NCBI GenBank assembly: GCA_965217865.1
Contig: CBDCJO010000002.1
Coordinates: forward strand, 1,376,001-1,440,000
Source: Candidatus Latescibacterota bacterium
GTDB taxonomy: Bacteria > Latescibacterota > UBA2968 > SICM01
Direction: 5' to 3'
Length of the DNA: 64,000 nt
Below are positions 9,155 through 18,921 of this stretch, in pieces (position 1 is the stretch's first letter; each line of letters begins with the position of its first letter). The notes under the pieces are model-generated. The model was given only the letters and a program-made list of their open reading frames with translations, searched no databases and was not told where the DNA came from. The translations under genes and the position numbers were made by a program.

Positions 9155-9445
9155 CTCCACTGTCCCGCTCCACTATCCCATATACCCCCCCACGGTCGCT
9201 TTTCTGAAGGTTCCGCATCAATTTTTGCCCGGATTCCTGAATAAAGTCGCACACGGAGAGAATCCAATGCCCTGTGGGCGATTCCGGGGCAAGGGGGCCA
9301 TCTCGTTTAAGGATCCCAGCCCATGAGGGGTCGCGGCTCCGCCGGCGGAAACCACATGGGGCCTCCTTCCAAGAAAAAGTGGAGGCAAAAACGTTGCGCG
9401 GGGCTATCCGGTCGGCGGATTCGGAAACTCCGGCCCTGGACGAGG
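9155..9445 (+). repeat. Dispersed ~290-bp repeat, copy A
   Basis: Reverse complement recurs at 33044..33290 with small deletions. Confidence 0.85.
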
Positions 9446-9483
9446 GGTCGATTCGCCGGTTGAAGGATGAGCTTTGCCGCCGC

Positions 9484-9945
9484 GTTGTATTCATTGACCT
9501 GTTTTCACGTCGCGTGGTTGGCTGGTGCGTCAGCACCTCGCTGGCGCACGAAACGGTACTCACGGCCCTGTCACGCGCAGTATGGCAACGCAGACCGCAG
9601 CCGAATCTGATGATTCATTCCGATCGAGGTATTCAGTATTGCTGCGATGGCTTCCGAAAGGCCGTCGACGCGCATCAGTTTGTTCAAAGCATGAGCAAGA
9701 AGGCCGATTGCTGGGACAATGCCGTCTCCGAGTCATTCTTCAAAACCTTGAAGACCGAATGGCTGTATCACGTCGACTTGATCAACCTCGATCATGCAGA
9801 GCGCGAACTCTTCGAGTACATCGAAATGTTTTACAACAATCAGCGGCTGCACGCTTACCTGGACTATGTGTCCCCGGCCCTTTTTGAACGCCTATCGCTG
9901 AAGAAAGCGGCTTAAACCACTGTCCACTTTTCCCGGGTCATAGCA
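9484..9945 (+). mobile_element. IS3-family 3' fragment (OrfB DDE C-terminus + IRR)
   Basis: IDLFSRRVVGW, HSDRGIQY and WDNAVSESFFKTLKTE motifs; ends ...TCATAGCA. Confidence 0.9.
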
Positions 9946-9967
9946 ATCGAAAGACAACAACTAGGAG

Positions 9968-10228
9968 CTATAGCCAGTTGCTAACGAGTTGAAGAAAAAA
10001 GCCCAAAACAAGAAGGAAGAGCCCCCAATTAGATCTTCTCTTGTAGCGCTTCCACTTCCTCTGCTCTTGCTCACTGTCAGGGTTCCCCCACTCTAGGACT
10101 TTCCCGCCACTCTTACTAGCCTCCGCCGGCAACCCATAGCAAAACAGAAGGATAACGCCGCCGATATCAAAAGCCAGACCTGCGGAATTGATGACGTCAG
10201 GCAACAAGCACACGATGACCTCGATCAT
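9968..10228 (-). CDS. Hypothetical small membrane protein
   Basis: INSAGLAFDIGGVILLF...GLFLLVLGFFLQLVS, two predicted TM helices. Confidence 0.55.
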   Translation of the reverse strand: MIEVIVCLLPDVINSAGLAFDIGGVILLFCYGLPAEASKSGGKVLEWGNPDSEQEQRKWKRYKRRSNWGLFLLVLGFFLQLVSNWL

Positions 10229-10334
10229 TGGAAAGACCCCTTTTTGGAGTAAGTCGAAGAGTTCTCGATCACGCTCCCGTTCCAGGAAGCCATCGAGTCC
10301 CTTCATGAGGCGGGTCTTGCGGGCGGACGGTTTA

Positions 10335-10645
10335 TCAGTTGCGATTCAGTCGGCTGCAAGGGCGACATCGCTGGAGGTCTTCTCGAAGTTCATTGGAGAG
10401 AGATATCCGAGTGCTGAGTGTCTCCGATGGAGGTTGTACCAGCCCTCGATGTATTGAAATACGGACATCCGGGCTTCGGCCTGTGTGCGGTAGTTTCGGC
10501 GATCCAGGCGTTCGCATTCAAGCGTGGCGAAGAAGCCCTCGCATAACGCGTTGTCGTAGCAATCACCGGTGGAACCCATAGAGGGCCGGACACCGGCCTT
10601 GCGGCACCGTAGACCGAAGGCAATGGAGGTGTACTGACATCCTTG
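10335..10645 (-). mobile_element. IS3-family OrfB 3' fragment (a different element from 9484..9945)
   Basis: QGCQYTS...SMGSTGDCYDNALCEGFFATLECE...YNLHRRHSALGYLSP. Confidence 0.85.
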
Positions 10646-10659
10646 GTATCTCGATTCCC

Positions 10660-11123
10660 GTATAGAAGGTGTCTGCAATCACAGCACCAGGATGCATTTT
10701 GTCGATGATCTCTACCGCTATTTCTATGCTGCCTGCTTTGCTCAGGCAAAACATCGATCTCCAGTATTAAGAGATTTCCCTGCCGATCTTTTACCCGATC
10801 ATAAGAACGCCACGCGTGCATTGAACGGAAACACTCTTTTCGCTGACCGTTTTCGGGTGCAAGTCAGTAACAGACCAGCGACAACAGTAACTTCGCACAT
10901 TTCCAGAGACGGTCATTACTATATTCACCCCGATCCGACACAGTGCCGGAGCCTCACTGTCCGGGAAGCTGCCAGGCTACAGACTTTCCCGGACAATTAC
11001 ATTTTCTGCGGCTCACGCACATCGCAATACGTTCAGGTTGGCAATGCTGTGCCGCCCTTGCTGGCAAATCAGATTGCAGCCATTGTCTACGATGTATTGG
11101 AGCGGGCTGATGTGAGTCAGTAA
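10660..11123 (+). pseudogene. C5 DNA cytosine methyltransferase, C-terminal fragment
   Basis: [24 protein letters not shown] (motif IX) and [10 protein letters not shown] (motif X); N-terminus replaced by the IS3 fragment. Confidence 0.9.
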
Positions 11124-11124
11124 A

Positions 11125-11790
11125 ATGGACTTCTTCGATAATTTCGGCTTGGTTTCGTTTCGCAAGGACTTGCTTGCCTGGTGGGAAGAGAACAAGCGAC
11201 CATATCCCTGGCGCGAAACCCGAGATCCGTATCAGATCCTTGTTGCTGAAGTGCTCCTGCATCGGACCCGGGCGGACCATGTGGTGTCTGTTTACCATCA
11301 GTTTCTGGATACATACCCGTCAGTAAGCGAGCTGGCAAAGGCATCCGTTGATGAACTCGGAGATCTGATCCAGCCTCTTGGCTTGCACTGGCGTGTTGAA
11401 CTGCTCTTTAACATGGCCCAGGAGTTACATGTCAGATTTGATGACCAGATTCCTACTGAACGCGAGAACCTTGAATCTCTGCCAGGGGTCAGCCACTACA
11501 TTTCAACAGCGGTTCGGTGCTTTGCCTATGGGTATCCCGACGCTCTGCTGGATACCAATACGGTCAGGATATGCGGAAGGATTTTGGATATTCCCGTAAC
11601 AGATGGTTCCCGGCGCAGCAAGAAATTCCGCAACCTGTTGGAAAACCTTGTTGATCCTGACCGTCCGGGCGATTTCAATTTCGCGCTCCTTGACCACGGA
11701 GCTCTCATCTGTCGTAGCCGCACTCCTCTATGTAAAGAGTGCCCGGTAAGGAAGCACTGTTACTATGGTAAAAGCATGTCAGGACAATAA
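11125..11790 (+). CDS. HhH-GPD DNA glycosylase with [4Fe-4S] cluster, Mig (T:G mismatch)-like
   Basis: PWRETRDPY, LLHRT, LPGVSHY, LDTN and C-x6-C-x2-C-x5-C; 221 aa with no MutY C-terminal domain. Confidence 0.85.
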   Translation: MDFFDNFGLVSFRKDLLAWWEENKRPYPWRETRDPYQILVAEVLLHRTRADHVVSVYHQFLDTYPSVSELAKASVDELGDLIQPLGLHWRVELLFNMAQELHVRFDDQIPTERENLESLPGVSHYISTAVRCFAYGYPDALLDTNTVRICGRILDIPVTDGSRRSKKFRNLLENLVDPDRPGDFNFALLDHGALICRSRTPLCKECPVRKHCYYGKSMSGQ

Positions 11791-11916
11791 CCATGTCTGA
11801 CTGGAATGATGTCTTACAGGATATTAAACGCTGGTATCCTTTTCTTACCCGGATGAATGTATGTGGTGCTGAACATCATTCATCCTCACTTCCTGAAGTT
11901 CTTCAGGCTAGCATAG

Positions 11917-13442
11917 CAGCCTGTTGAAAAAGTGCGTTTATGCCAAGATGACTGTTGTCTTTCCTTGTGGTTTGGTCCTATGATATATCAGGTTCAAACT
12001 GAGAAGGGAGGACGAGCAAATGGCAATGGGAAAACGAGGACGACAGAGACAGGAAAACCTGTTCATCGCATCGAACACTTTGGTGAAATCTCCGGGTCAT
12101 CCGTTCTACGAGAAGCTGAATCAGGTATTGGGGGCGAACGGCTTCGACGAGTTCGTCGAGGGGCTTTGCCAGCGGTATTACGCTCCTCATATGGGTCGCA
12201 AGGGCATTCCGCCCGGGGTTTATTTTCGGATGCTTTTGATTGGGTATTTCGAGGGACTTGATTCGGAACGTGGGATCGAATGGCGTGTATCTGACTCGCT
12301 GACGTTGCGCCGGTTTTTGGGGTATGCCCTTGACGAACAGACCCCGGATCATTCCAGCCTGTCTCGCATCCGGCATCGGCTTCCCTTGGAAGTTCACGAA
12401 GCGGTTTTCAAGTGGATCCTGAGGGTCTTGTGCAAAGCGGGTCTGGTGAAGGGGAAGACGTTGGGCGTGGATGCTACGACACTGGAGGCCAACGCCGCGA
12501 TGCGCAGCATTGTACGCCGTGACACGGGTGAAGGCTACCAGGCATTCCTTGAGAATCTGGCCAAGGCCTCGGGCATTGAAACGCCTACCCGCGAGGACTT
12601 GTCCAAGATCGATAAGAAGCGACCGAAGAAGGGATCGAACCAGGACTGGGAGCACCCGCACGACCCGGATGCCAAGATCGCTAAGATGAAGGACGGTCGC
12701 ACGCACATGGCGCACAAGGTGGAGCACGCGGTGGATCTGGACACCAATGCCATTGTGGCAGTGGCGTTGTCGGGAGCAGATGAAGGAGATACCGAGTCGT
12801 TGTCCTGGACGCTGCTCGAGGCGCAGCTCAATCTCAAGCAGGTCGCGAAGGACGAAAAAGCTGCCAAACGTTTGCACAGACAGCGTATACGGGAGGTGGT
12901 TGCGGACAAAGGATATCATAGCAACGATGTATTGACCAGTCTGAAGCAAGGCGGCATCCGGAGTTACATTTCAGAACCGGATCGGGGACGCCGCAAGTGG
13001 AACGGCCGACGAGATGAGCAGGCCGCGGTATATGCGAATCGACGCCGGATCAAGGGAGATCGCGGCAAGGCCTTGCGCCGAAGTCGTGCAGAACGGGTGG
13101 AAAGAACCATCGCTCACACATATGATACCGGTGGCATGCGCAGGTTGCACTTGAGAGACCGCGGCAATATCCTCAAGCGTTTGCTGATCCACATCGGGGG
13201 CTGCAACCTGGCTCTGCTCATGCGCAAAGTGATGGGCGTAGGTACTCCGAAGGCCCTCCAGGACCTGGCCAAGGCCTTGCAGCGTCTACTGCTCGTCCTA
13301 CAATCACGTTTGCTGCCCTCGGTCACCTTTTTAACCTCTTATCAGCGTCTCCTGCTCAATCTCCTTACCTTGATTTATCTGACCCGCACTCCAGGCGTCT
13401 TTTCCGTTTATGTGCGTTGAAAGGTAGTTCTTCAACGGGCTG
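11917..13442 (+). mobile_element. IS1182-like element, copy 2
   Basis: Both TIRs present; 4-bp target duplication ATAG on both sides. Confidence 0.93.
12020..13420 (+). CDS. DDE transposase (IS1182-like)
   Basis: Same protein as copy 1 apart from an alternative C-terminal tail. Confidence 0.92.
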   Translation: MAMGKRGRQRQENLFIASNTLVKSPGHPFYEKLNQVLGANGFDEFVEGLCQRYYAPHMGRKGIPPGVYFRMLLIGYFEGLDSERGIEWRVSDSLTLRRFLGYALDEQTPDHSSLSRIRHRLPLEVHEAVFKWILRVLCKAGLVKGKTLGVDATTLEANAAMRSIVRRDTGEGYQAFLENLAKASGIETPTREDLSKIDKKRPKKGSNQDWEHPHDPDAKIAKMKDGRTHMAHKVEHAVDLDTNAIVAVALSGADEGDTESLSWTLLEAQLNLKQVAKDEKAAKRLHRQRIREVVADKGYHSNDVLTSLKQGGIRSYISEPDRGRRKWNGRRDEQAAVYANRRRIKGDRGKALRRSRAERVERTIAHTYDTGGMRRLHLRDRGNILKRLLIHIGGCNLALLMRKVMGVGTPKALQDLAKALQRLLLVLQSRLLPSVTFLTSYQRLLLNLLTLIYLTRTPGVFSVYVR

Positions 13443-13609
13443 ATAGGCATTGCCGAAAGTCTACTTGAGGAGGAGACTGACTTTAAACGATTGGCAATGA
13501 TTTTCCCTCTCCTGCTGTCCTGTCCGGAATGGATCGCTGTTGGCTGTTCCCTTGCAACAATCAAACGGGATTTTCTTCCTGCCATAGAAAGCCTGGAACC
13601 TTTCAGGCC

Positions 13610-13802
13610 TGGACGAGTAACTCTTTCCAATTACTGTGTCAATTAGGAATCCATTCGCTCGAAGTAAGCTGACGAAGTTAAAGTAATCATCAAGAAGGTG
13701 AATGACACAAAACACACGCTTGTTCTCGAAGAGTTTTCGATGCTGCCCGTATTCACGAGCAACCGATGTCATCACGGGATAATCTAACTGGTCTGACAGC
13801 AT
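13610..13802 (-). pseudogene. N-terminal fragment, possibly of an adenosylhomocysteinase-like NAD-binding protein
   Basis: VFCVIHLLDD...VIGKSYSS; operonic with the upstream kinase fragment; family call is weak. Confidence 0.35.
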
Positions 13803-13807
13803 AACAG

Positions 13808-14494
13808 CTAACTCAGTGACATAATCGCTTTTTGAAGCGCGACGCAGTTCGCGTTCAGTTCGAAGACTAAGTTCGTCTTGAGTAGCGCCCCGCTTTCCGT
13901 CATTCGACCAGACAGAAACGATCTAAATTCGAATTGACTCTTTAGTAGATAGTCAAGCCAAACTGACACCATCGCATTCAATTCAACCTCAGTGAGGGGG
14001 TTTGCACTGTGGTATCCACGAACAAACGGAAGGCTCAATTCCAACCTACTCTCAAACAGATAGCTGCACGCTCGAACTACGTCCCAGACACGCGGCGCTA
14101 TCTGCATCGACTCCAAGTCAATTAACGCAATCCGGTCCGACCCGGCATCGTATAGAATGTTCCGCGGTTGAAAGTCCCCATGAACAACCTGACGGCAAAT
14201 GTTGAATACGTCCTTGACGACTCCTTCAGCATCTGTCGCGAGTCCCTCGAGTGAATCGATTTTCCTTTGCATAGCACTGATGATCGAACGTGGGCACCAC
14301 ACCGTTGCTGATGCCTGCTTGCGAAGATCCTTTAGGTCTGAGATGGCCTTACTGCTAGCCTCGTAACGTCGTATCGGTAGCCCCTTAGGAACACAATACC
14401 AGGCAAATACCGCGTGTACGTCACCTAATAGCTTTCCAAGGCGGTAAGGGGACGGAGCGTCCTGTGTCGATATCACGTATTTGTCCAGTCGATC
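13808..14494 (-). pseudogene. APH/homoserine kinase type II-like phosphotransferase, 5' truncated by IS3
   Basis: VVHGDFQPRNIL and LIDLE motifs. Confidence 0.8.
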
Positions 14495-14972
14495 GGGATG
14501 GCTGTATCTGGTTGTATTCATTGACCTGTTTTCACGTCGCGTAGTTGGCTGGTGCGTCAGCACCTCGCTGGCGCACGAAACGGTACTCACGCCCCTGTCA
14601 CGCGCAGTATGGCAACGCAGACCGCAGCCGAATCTGATGATTCATTCCGACCGATGTATTCAGTATTGCTGCGATGGATTCCGAAAGGCCGTCGACGCGC
14701 ATCAGTTTGTCCAAAGCATGAGCAAGAAGGCCGATTGCTGGGACAACGCCGTCTCCGAGTCATTCTTCAAAACCTTGAAGACCGAATGGCTGTATCACGT
14801 CGACTTGATCGACCTCGATCATGCAGAGCGCGAACTCTTCGAGTACATCGAAAAGTTTTACAACAATCAGCGGATGCACGCTTACCTGGACTATGTGTCC
14901 CCGGCCCTTTTTGAACGCCTATCGCTGCAGAAAGCGGCTTAAACCACTGTCCACTTTTCCCGGATCATGCGC
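14495..14972 (+). mobile_element. IS3-family 3' fragment, second copy
   Basis: Near-identical to 9484..9945. Confidence 0.9.
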
Positions 14973-15139
14973 CATTCGAACTAAGTGGAGGAATCTCATA
15001 AACAATCCAAGGAGTTTAAAAATTTATCAGAGGGATTTTGTCTGGATAGTTGAGTAAAAAAAATTAAGGACTTGAACTAATCTTCTTTAGCTCGCCATCC
15101 ATCACCAGTTATTATTTCGCATTTAATTGCAGTGGCACC

Positions 15140-18100
15140 TTGAAAATCCTCAACAACCATCCCCGGTTGTCTGCAACCGACCTGGCCAACCATCTGGCCT
15201 GTCGCCATCTGACCCGGGTGGATCTCTCCGCCGCAAAAGGCGAACTTTCCCTCCCGAAATTCGAGGACCCCTCGCTTAAGGTGCTTCGGAAGCGTGGACT
15301 CCAGCACGAAGAGGCCTACCTGGATCAACTCCGTGCTCAAGGCAGGAAAATCTTTAAGCTGTCGGAGGGTTCCCAATATGAGGAGACATTGGCCGCGATG
15401 CAAGAGGGAGCGGATGTTATCGTGCAGGCAGCGCTGGAGAACGGCCGATGGGTGGGTCGGGCGGATGTGCTTTTGCGAGTGAATGGAGGGAGCGATGTCG
15501 GTGATTGGCACTACGAAGTCGTCGATACGAAACTGGCCCGAGAGACCCGTGCGGGGACGATTCTCCAATTGTGCCTTTATTCCGAGATCGTTGGAATGGC
15601 GCAGGGGCGGAGACCTGAGCGGATGAAAGTCGTGTCACCGGGAAAGGACTTCGAGCCCGAATGTTTTCGAGTAGATCACTACTTCTCCTACTACGGCTTC
15701 GTGAAGCGAAGATTGGAGGAAGCGGTGGACGGGTCGGTGGATAGAAAGACTTATCCGGAACCCGTGCCGCATTGCGATGTGTGTCTCTGGTGGTCCCGGT
15801 GTGACCGCCGACGCCGTGACGACGACCATCTGAGCCTGGTAGCGGGGATGTCCAGTTTTCACCGGGTTGAGCTCGGTGAGTGGGGAATCGGGACTTTGAA
15901 GGCGCTGGGCGAGTCGCCTCTTCAGCCGGAAAGGCGGCCGAAGCGGGGTACGCGAAAAGCGCTTGACCGAATGCAAGACCAGGCGCGGGTCCAGCTTATC
16001 GGCAGGCATCAGGGAAAGCCTTACTATGAGACACTCGAGGTGACCTCAGAGGAGGGATTGTCGCGGCTGCCCGAGCTGGACGAAGGAGACGTATTCTTCG
16101 ACATCGAAGGCGACGCCTTCGTCGGAGAGGGCGGTTTGGAGTACCTCTTCGGATGGATCACAATAGAGCGGAACTGCCCCCAGTATAATGCGTTATGGGC
16201 CCGCGATGGAACGGAAGAGAAGGCGGCTTTCGAAGCGTTCTTAGACGCTATGATGGAGCAACGTCGCCGTTTCCCGAAAATGCACGTCTACCACTTCGCA
16301 TCCTATGAGCCCATGGCCCTGAAGCGGCTTGCGAGCCGCTACGCAACGCGTGAGAACGCCCTGGATGAGCTGCTTCGAGCCCGGGTGTTCGTTGATCTGT
16401 ACGCCGTTGCCCGCCAGGGCGTGAGGGCGAGCGTCGAGAGCTACTCCATAAAAAAACTCGAGGCCTTCTACGGCTATAAACGCGAAGTAGAGCTGCAGGA
16501 GCTGGGAATGAACAAGCGGAAGTTGGAGGCGATGCTGGAACTGGGTGAGGAAGAGAATCTGCCGGTTGATATGCAAGACGTGGTTCAACGCTACAACGAG
16601 GATGATTGCCGGTCAACGTGGAAGCTGCGGGACTGGCTGGAAGGGGTTCGCGCTAAACTGATTTTGGAGGGGAAAGAGGTGCCACGGCCCGAACCGCTGG
16701 AGGGTCAACCCACGGAAGCCTTGAAGGAGCGGGAACAGCGGGTAAACGAAATGCGTGAGCGGCTGATCGCAGGCATCTCGAACCATCGGATGGACCGAAC
16801 GGACGAGGCTCAGGCCCGATGGCTGCTGGCCTACATCCTGGACTGGCACTGGCGCGAGGAGAAAGCGGCATGGTGGGAGTACTTCCGCCTGAAAGACCTG
16901 ACCGACGAGGAACTTTTCGAGGAAAAAGCGGCAATTGCGGACTTGAAATTCGTTGAAGAACTTCCTGTCCCCGGGAAAGAGAAGTCACCCCGACACCGCT
17001 ATCGCTTCCCGAAACAGATCACCGAGATTCGCGAAAATGCCGAACTGAAGGACGGGAACGGGGAGGACTTTGGTTCCGTGGTAGCGATCGACCAGGTGAG
17101 AAGCACGATCGATATCAAAAAGCTGGTCAAAAAGAAGACTCTTCATCCGACCAGCGTCTTCGAGTTCAACCTCGTCCGAAGCCGGGTACTGGCGGACTCG
17201 ATTATGAAAATAGCCGAATGGGTGGCGGAGAACGGTATCGACGCCCCCGGACCTTATCGTCCCGGAAGAGATCTGCTGCTGAATCGGCCTCCGGGACTGG
17301 CAGACGGGTCACCGCAACGGCTTTGTCTGCCAACCGAAGAGCCCGTCGACGCCGCGCGTCGTCTGGCTTTGCAGTTAAATGGGGGTCTCCTCCCCATTCA
17401 AGGGCCCCCCGGATCCGGAAAGACCTATGCGGGGGGAAGGATGGTCACTGATCTGGTGAACGCAGGAAAAAAGGTGGGCGTGACGGCTGCAAGCCACAAA
17501 GTGATCGCCAACCTTTTAGATGAGGTCGTGAAAGCCGCCGGGGAGGAGAAGGTTTCGCTTCAATGTGTGCAGAAGGTGAAACATCAATCCGAAGAGAAGC
17601 CTGACGGCATCCTGGAGGTGACAAAAAACCACGAGCCTTTGGAACTACTGAAGAGCGGCGAAGCCCGGGTGGCCGGCGGCACAGCCTGGTTGTGGGCCCG
17701 GCCGGAGTACGAGGAGGTTGTGGACGTGCTGTTCGTGGACGAGGCAGGCCAGATGTCGCTGGCCAATGTCGTAGCTATTGCCCGATGTGCGAAGAACATC
17801 GTGCTCCTGGGGGATCCGCAGCAGCTGGAACAACCGCAGAAGGGAAGCCACCCGGAAGGGACGGAAGTGGCTGCCCTGCAGCACGTCCTGGGCGATGCGG
17901 AGACGATGCCCGCTGAAAATGGGCTCTTCCTGGAGCAAACGTGGCGTTTGCATCCCGATATCTGCGGGTTTACCTCAACCCTGTTCTACGACGGAAAGCT
18001 GGCGCCCCGCGAAGGGATGGAGGGCCAGGTAATCAGTGGTCCGACTCGATATGCCGGTACGGGATTGTGGCTGGAGCCGGTGGAACACGAAGGGAATCAG

Positions 18101-18544
18101 AGCTCATCGGAGGAGGAGGTAGAGCGGGTTGCTATGGTTGTGGGAGACCTGTTGCAATCCGGTGTGACATGGACGAATCCCAAAGGGGAAGATAGGCCGT
18201 TGACAGAGCGGGATATCCTGGTTGTGGCGCCTTATAACGCGCAGGTCTTTGACCTTCAGAGGGAGCTTGGACCAAGCCTCCGGGTGGGGACCGTGGATAA
18301 GTTCCAGGGCCAGGAGGCCCCAGTGGTAATCTACTCGATGACGACATCATCCCCGGAAGAGGCCCCTCGAGGGATGGAATTCCTGTACAGCCCCAACCGG
18401 CTTAATGTCGCTACCTCGCGGGCGCGGTGTGCCTGCATCCTCGTTGCGAACCCGCGGATATTCGAACCGGAGTGCCGAAGCCCGAGACAGATGCGTTTGG
18501 CCAATGCCTTTTGTCGTTATGTAGAGATGGCGGGGGACGCATGA
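15140..18544 (+). CDS. TM0106-family RecB-like nuclease fused to RNase H-like and SF1 (DNA2/NAM7) helicase domains
   Basis: GRADVL...EVVDTKLA (PD-(D/E)xK), FFDIEG...YNEDDC, QGPPGSGKT, VDEAGQ, GDPQQL, TVDKFQGQE and NVATSRAR. Confidence 0.92.
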   Translation: MKILNNHPRLSATDLANHLACRHLTRVDLSAAKGELSLPKFEDPSLKVLRKRGLQHEEAYLDQLRAQGRKIFKLSEGSQYEETLAAMQEGADVIVQAALENGRWVGRADVLLRVNGGSDVGDWHYEVVDTKLARETRAGTILQLCLYSEIVGMAQGRRPERMKVVSPGKDFEPECFRVDHYFSYYGFVKRRLEEAVDGSVDRKTYPEPVPHCDVCLWWSRCDRRRRDDDHLSLVAGMSSFHRVELGEWGIGTLKALGESPLQPERRPKRGTRKALDRMQDQARVQLIGRHQGKPYYETLEVTSEEGLSRLPELDEGDVFFDIEGDAFVGEGGLEYLFGWITIERNCPQYNALWARDGTEEKAAFEAFLDAMMEQRRRFPKMHVYHFASYEPMALKRLASRYATRENALDELLRARVFVDLYAVARQGVRASVESYSIKKLEAFYGYKREVELQELGMNKRKLEAMLELGEEENLPVDMQDVVQRYNEDDCRSTWKLRDWLEGVRAKLILEGKEVPRPEPLEGQPTEALKEREQRVNEMRERLIAGISNHRMDRTDEAQARWLLAYILDWHWREEKAAWWEYFRLKDLTDEELFEEKAAIADLKFVEELPVPGKEKSPRHRYRFPKQITEIRENAELKDGNGEDFGSVVAIDQVRSTIDIKKLVKKKTLHPTSVFEFNLVRSRVLADSIMKIAEWVAENGIDAPGPYRPGRDLLLNRPPGLADGSPQRLCLPTEEPVDAARRLALQLNGGLLPIQGPPGSGKTYAGGRMVTDLVNAGKKVGVTAASHKVIANLLDEVVKAAGEEKVSLQCVQKVKHQSEEKPDGILEVTKNHEPLELLKSGEARVAGGTAWLWARPEYEEVVDVLFVDEAGQMSLANVVAIARCAKNIVLLGDPQQLEQPQKGSHPEGTEVAALQHVLGDAETMPAENGLFLEQTWRLHPDICGFTSTLFYDGKLAPREGMEGQVISGPTRYAGTGLWLEPVEHEGNQSSSEEEVERVAMVVGDLLQSGVTWTNPKGEDRPLTERDILVVAPYNAQVFDLQRELGPSLRVGTVDKFQGQEAPVVIYSMTTSSPEEAPRGMEFLYSPNRLNVATSRARCACILVANPRIFEPECRSPRQMRLANAFCRYVEMAGDA

Positions 18545-18767
18545 CATAGATTAACAGAACAAGAAAAAAATGATGGCAACTTGACCAACCCAATCTGGGG
18601 TCGGATTCAGCCCGCTCCGATCCTATAACCACCTCATCATTCAACTTGACATCAGATTTCATTCGACGTACATTTTAAATGAATTCCGCTCTTGGTCTTT
18701 GCTCATTGTCGAGAGGGAGAGCATCTACCTCCTAAAAATTAAGCGTGGGCAACGATAAAAGTCGCAT

Positions 18768-18867
18768 CTAGTACCAACCTGAGAAAATTCGCGTAACCTG
18801 ATTGCCTAGCAAAAACAGGATGTTAAGGGCGGATTTGCACGCATAAACTTGCGCAGCTAAGTACTAG
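18768..18867. mobile_element. 100-bp MITE-like element
   Basis: Ends CTAGTAC...GTACTAG with further imperfect inverted similarity over about 25 bp; intergenic. Confidence 0.4.
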
Positions 18868-18921
18868 TTTGGTCTTGCTCAGGGGGTGTGGGAGAATGGG
18901 GCAGACGGATTGGGAGGAAGC

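Larger units (their letters stand above)
11793..13610 (+). pseudogene. Third gene of the dcm-glycosylase operon, split by the IS and 3' truncated
   Basis: Removing the IS and one ATAG copy gives a continuous frame MSDWNDVLQD...LQASI|GIAESLLEEE...LEPFRPG. Confidence 0.65.

Noticed and set aside
8573-9945. Possible composite transposon bounded by two inverted IS3 right ends
   Set aside because: No target duplication is visible in the flanks, and the left end is a diverged 60-bp scrap.
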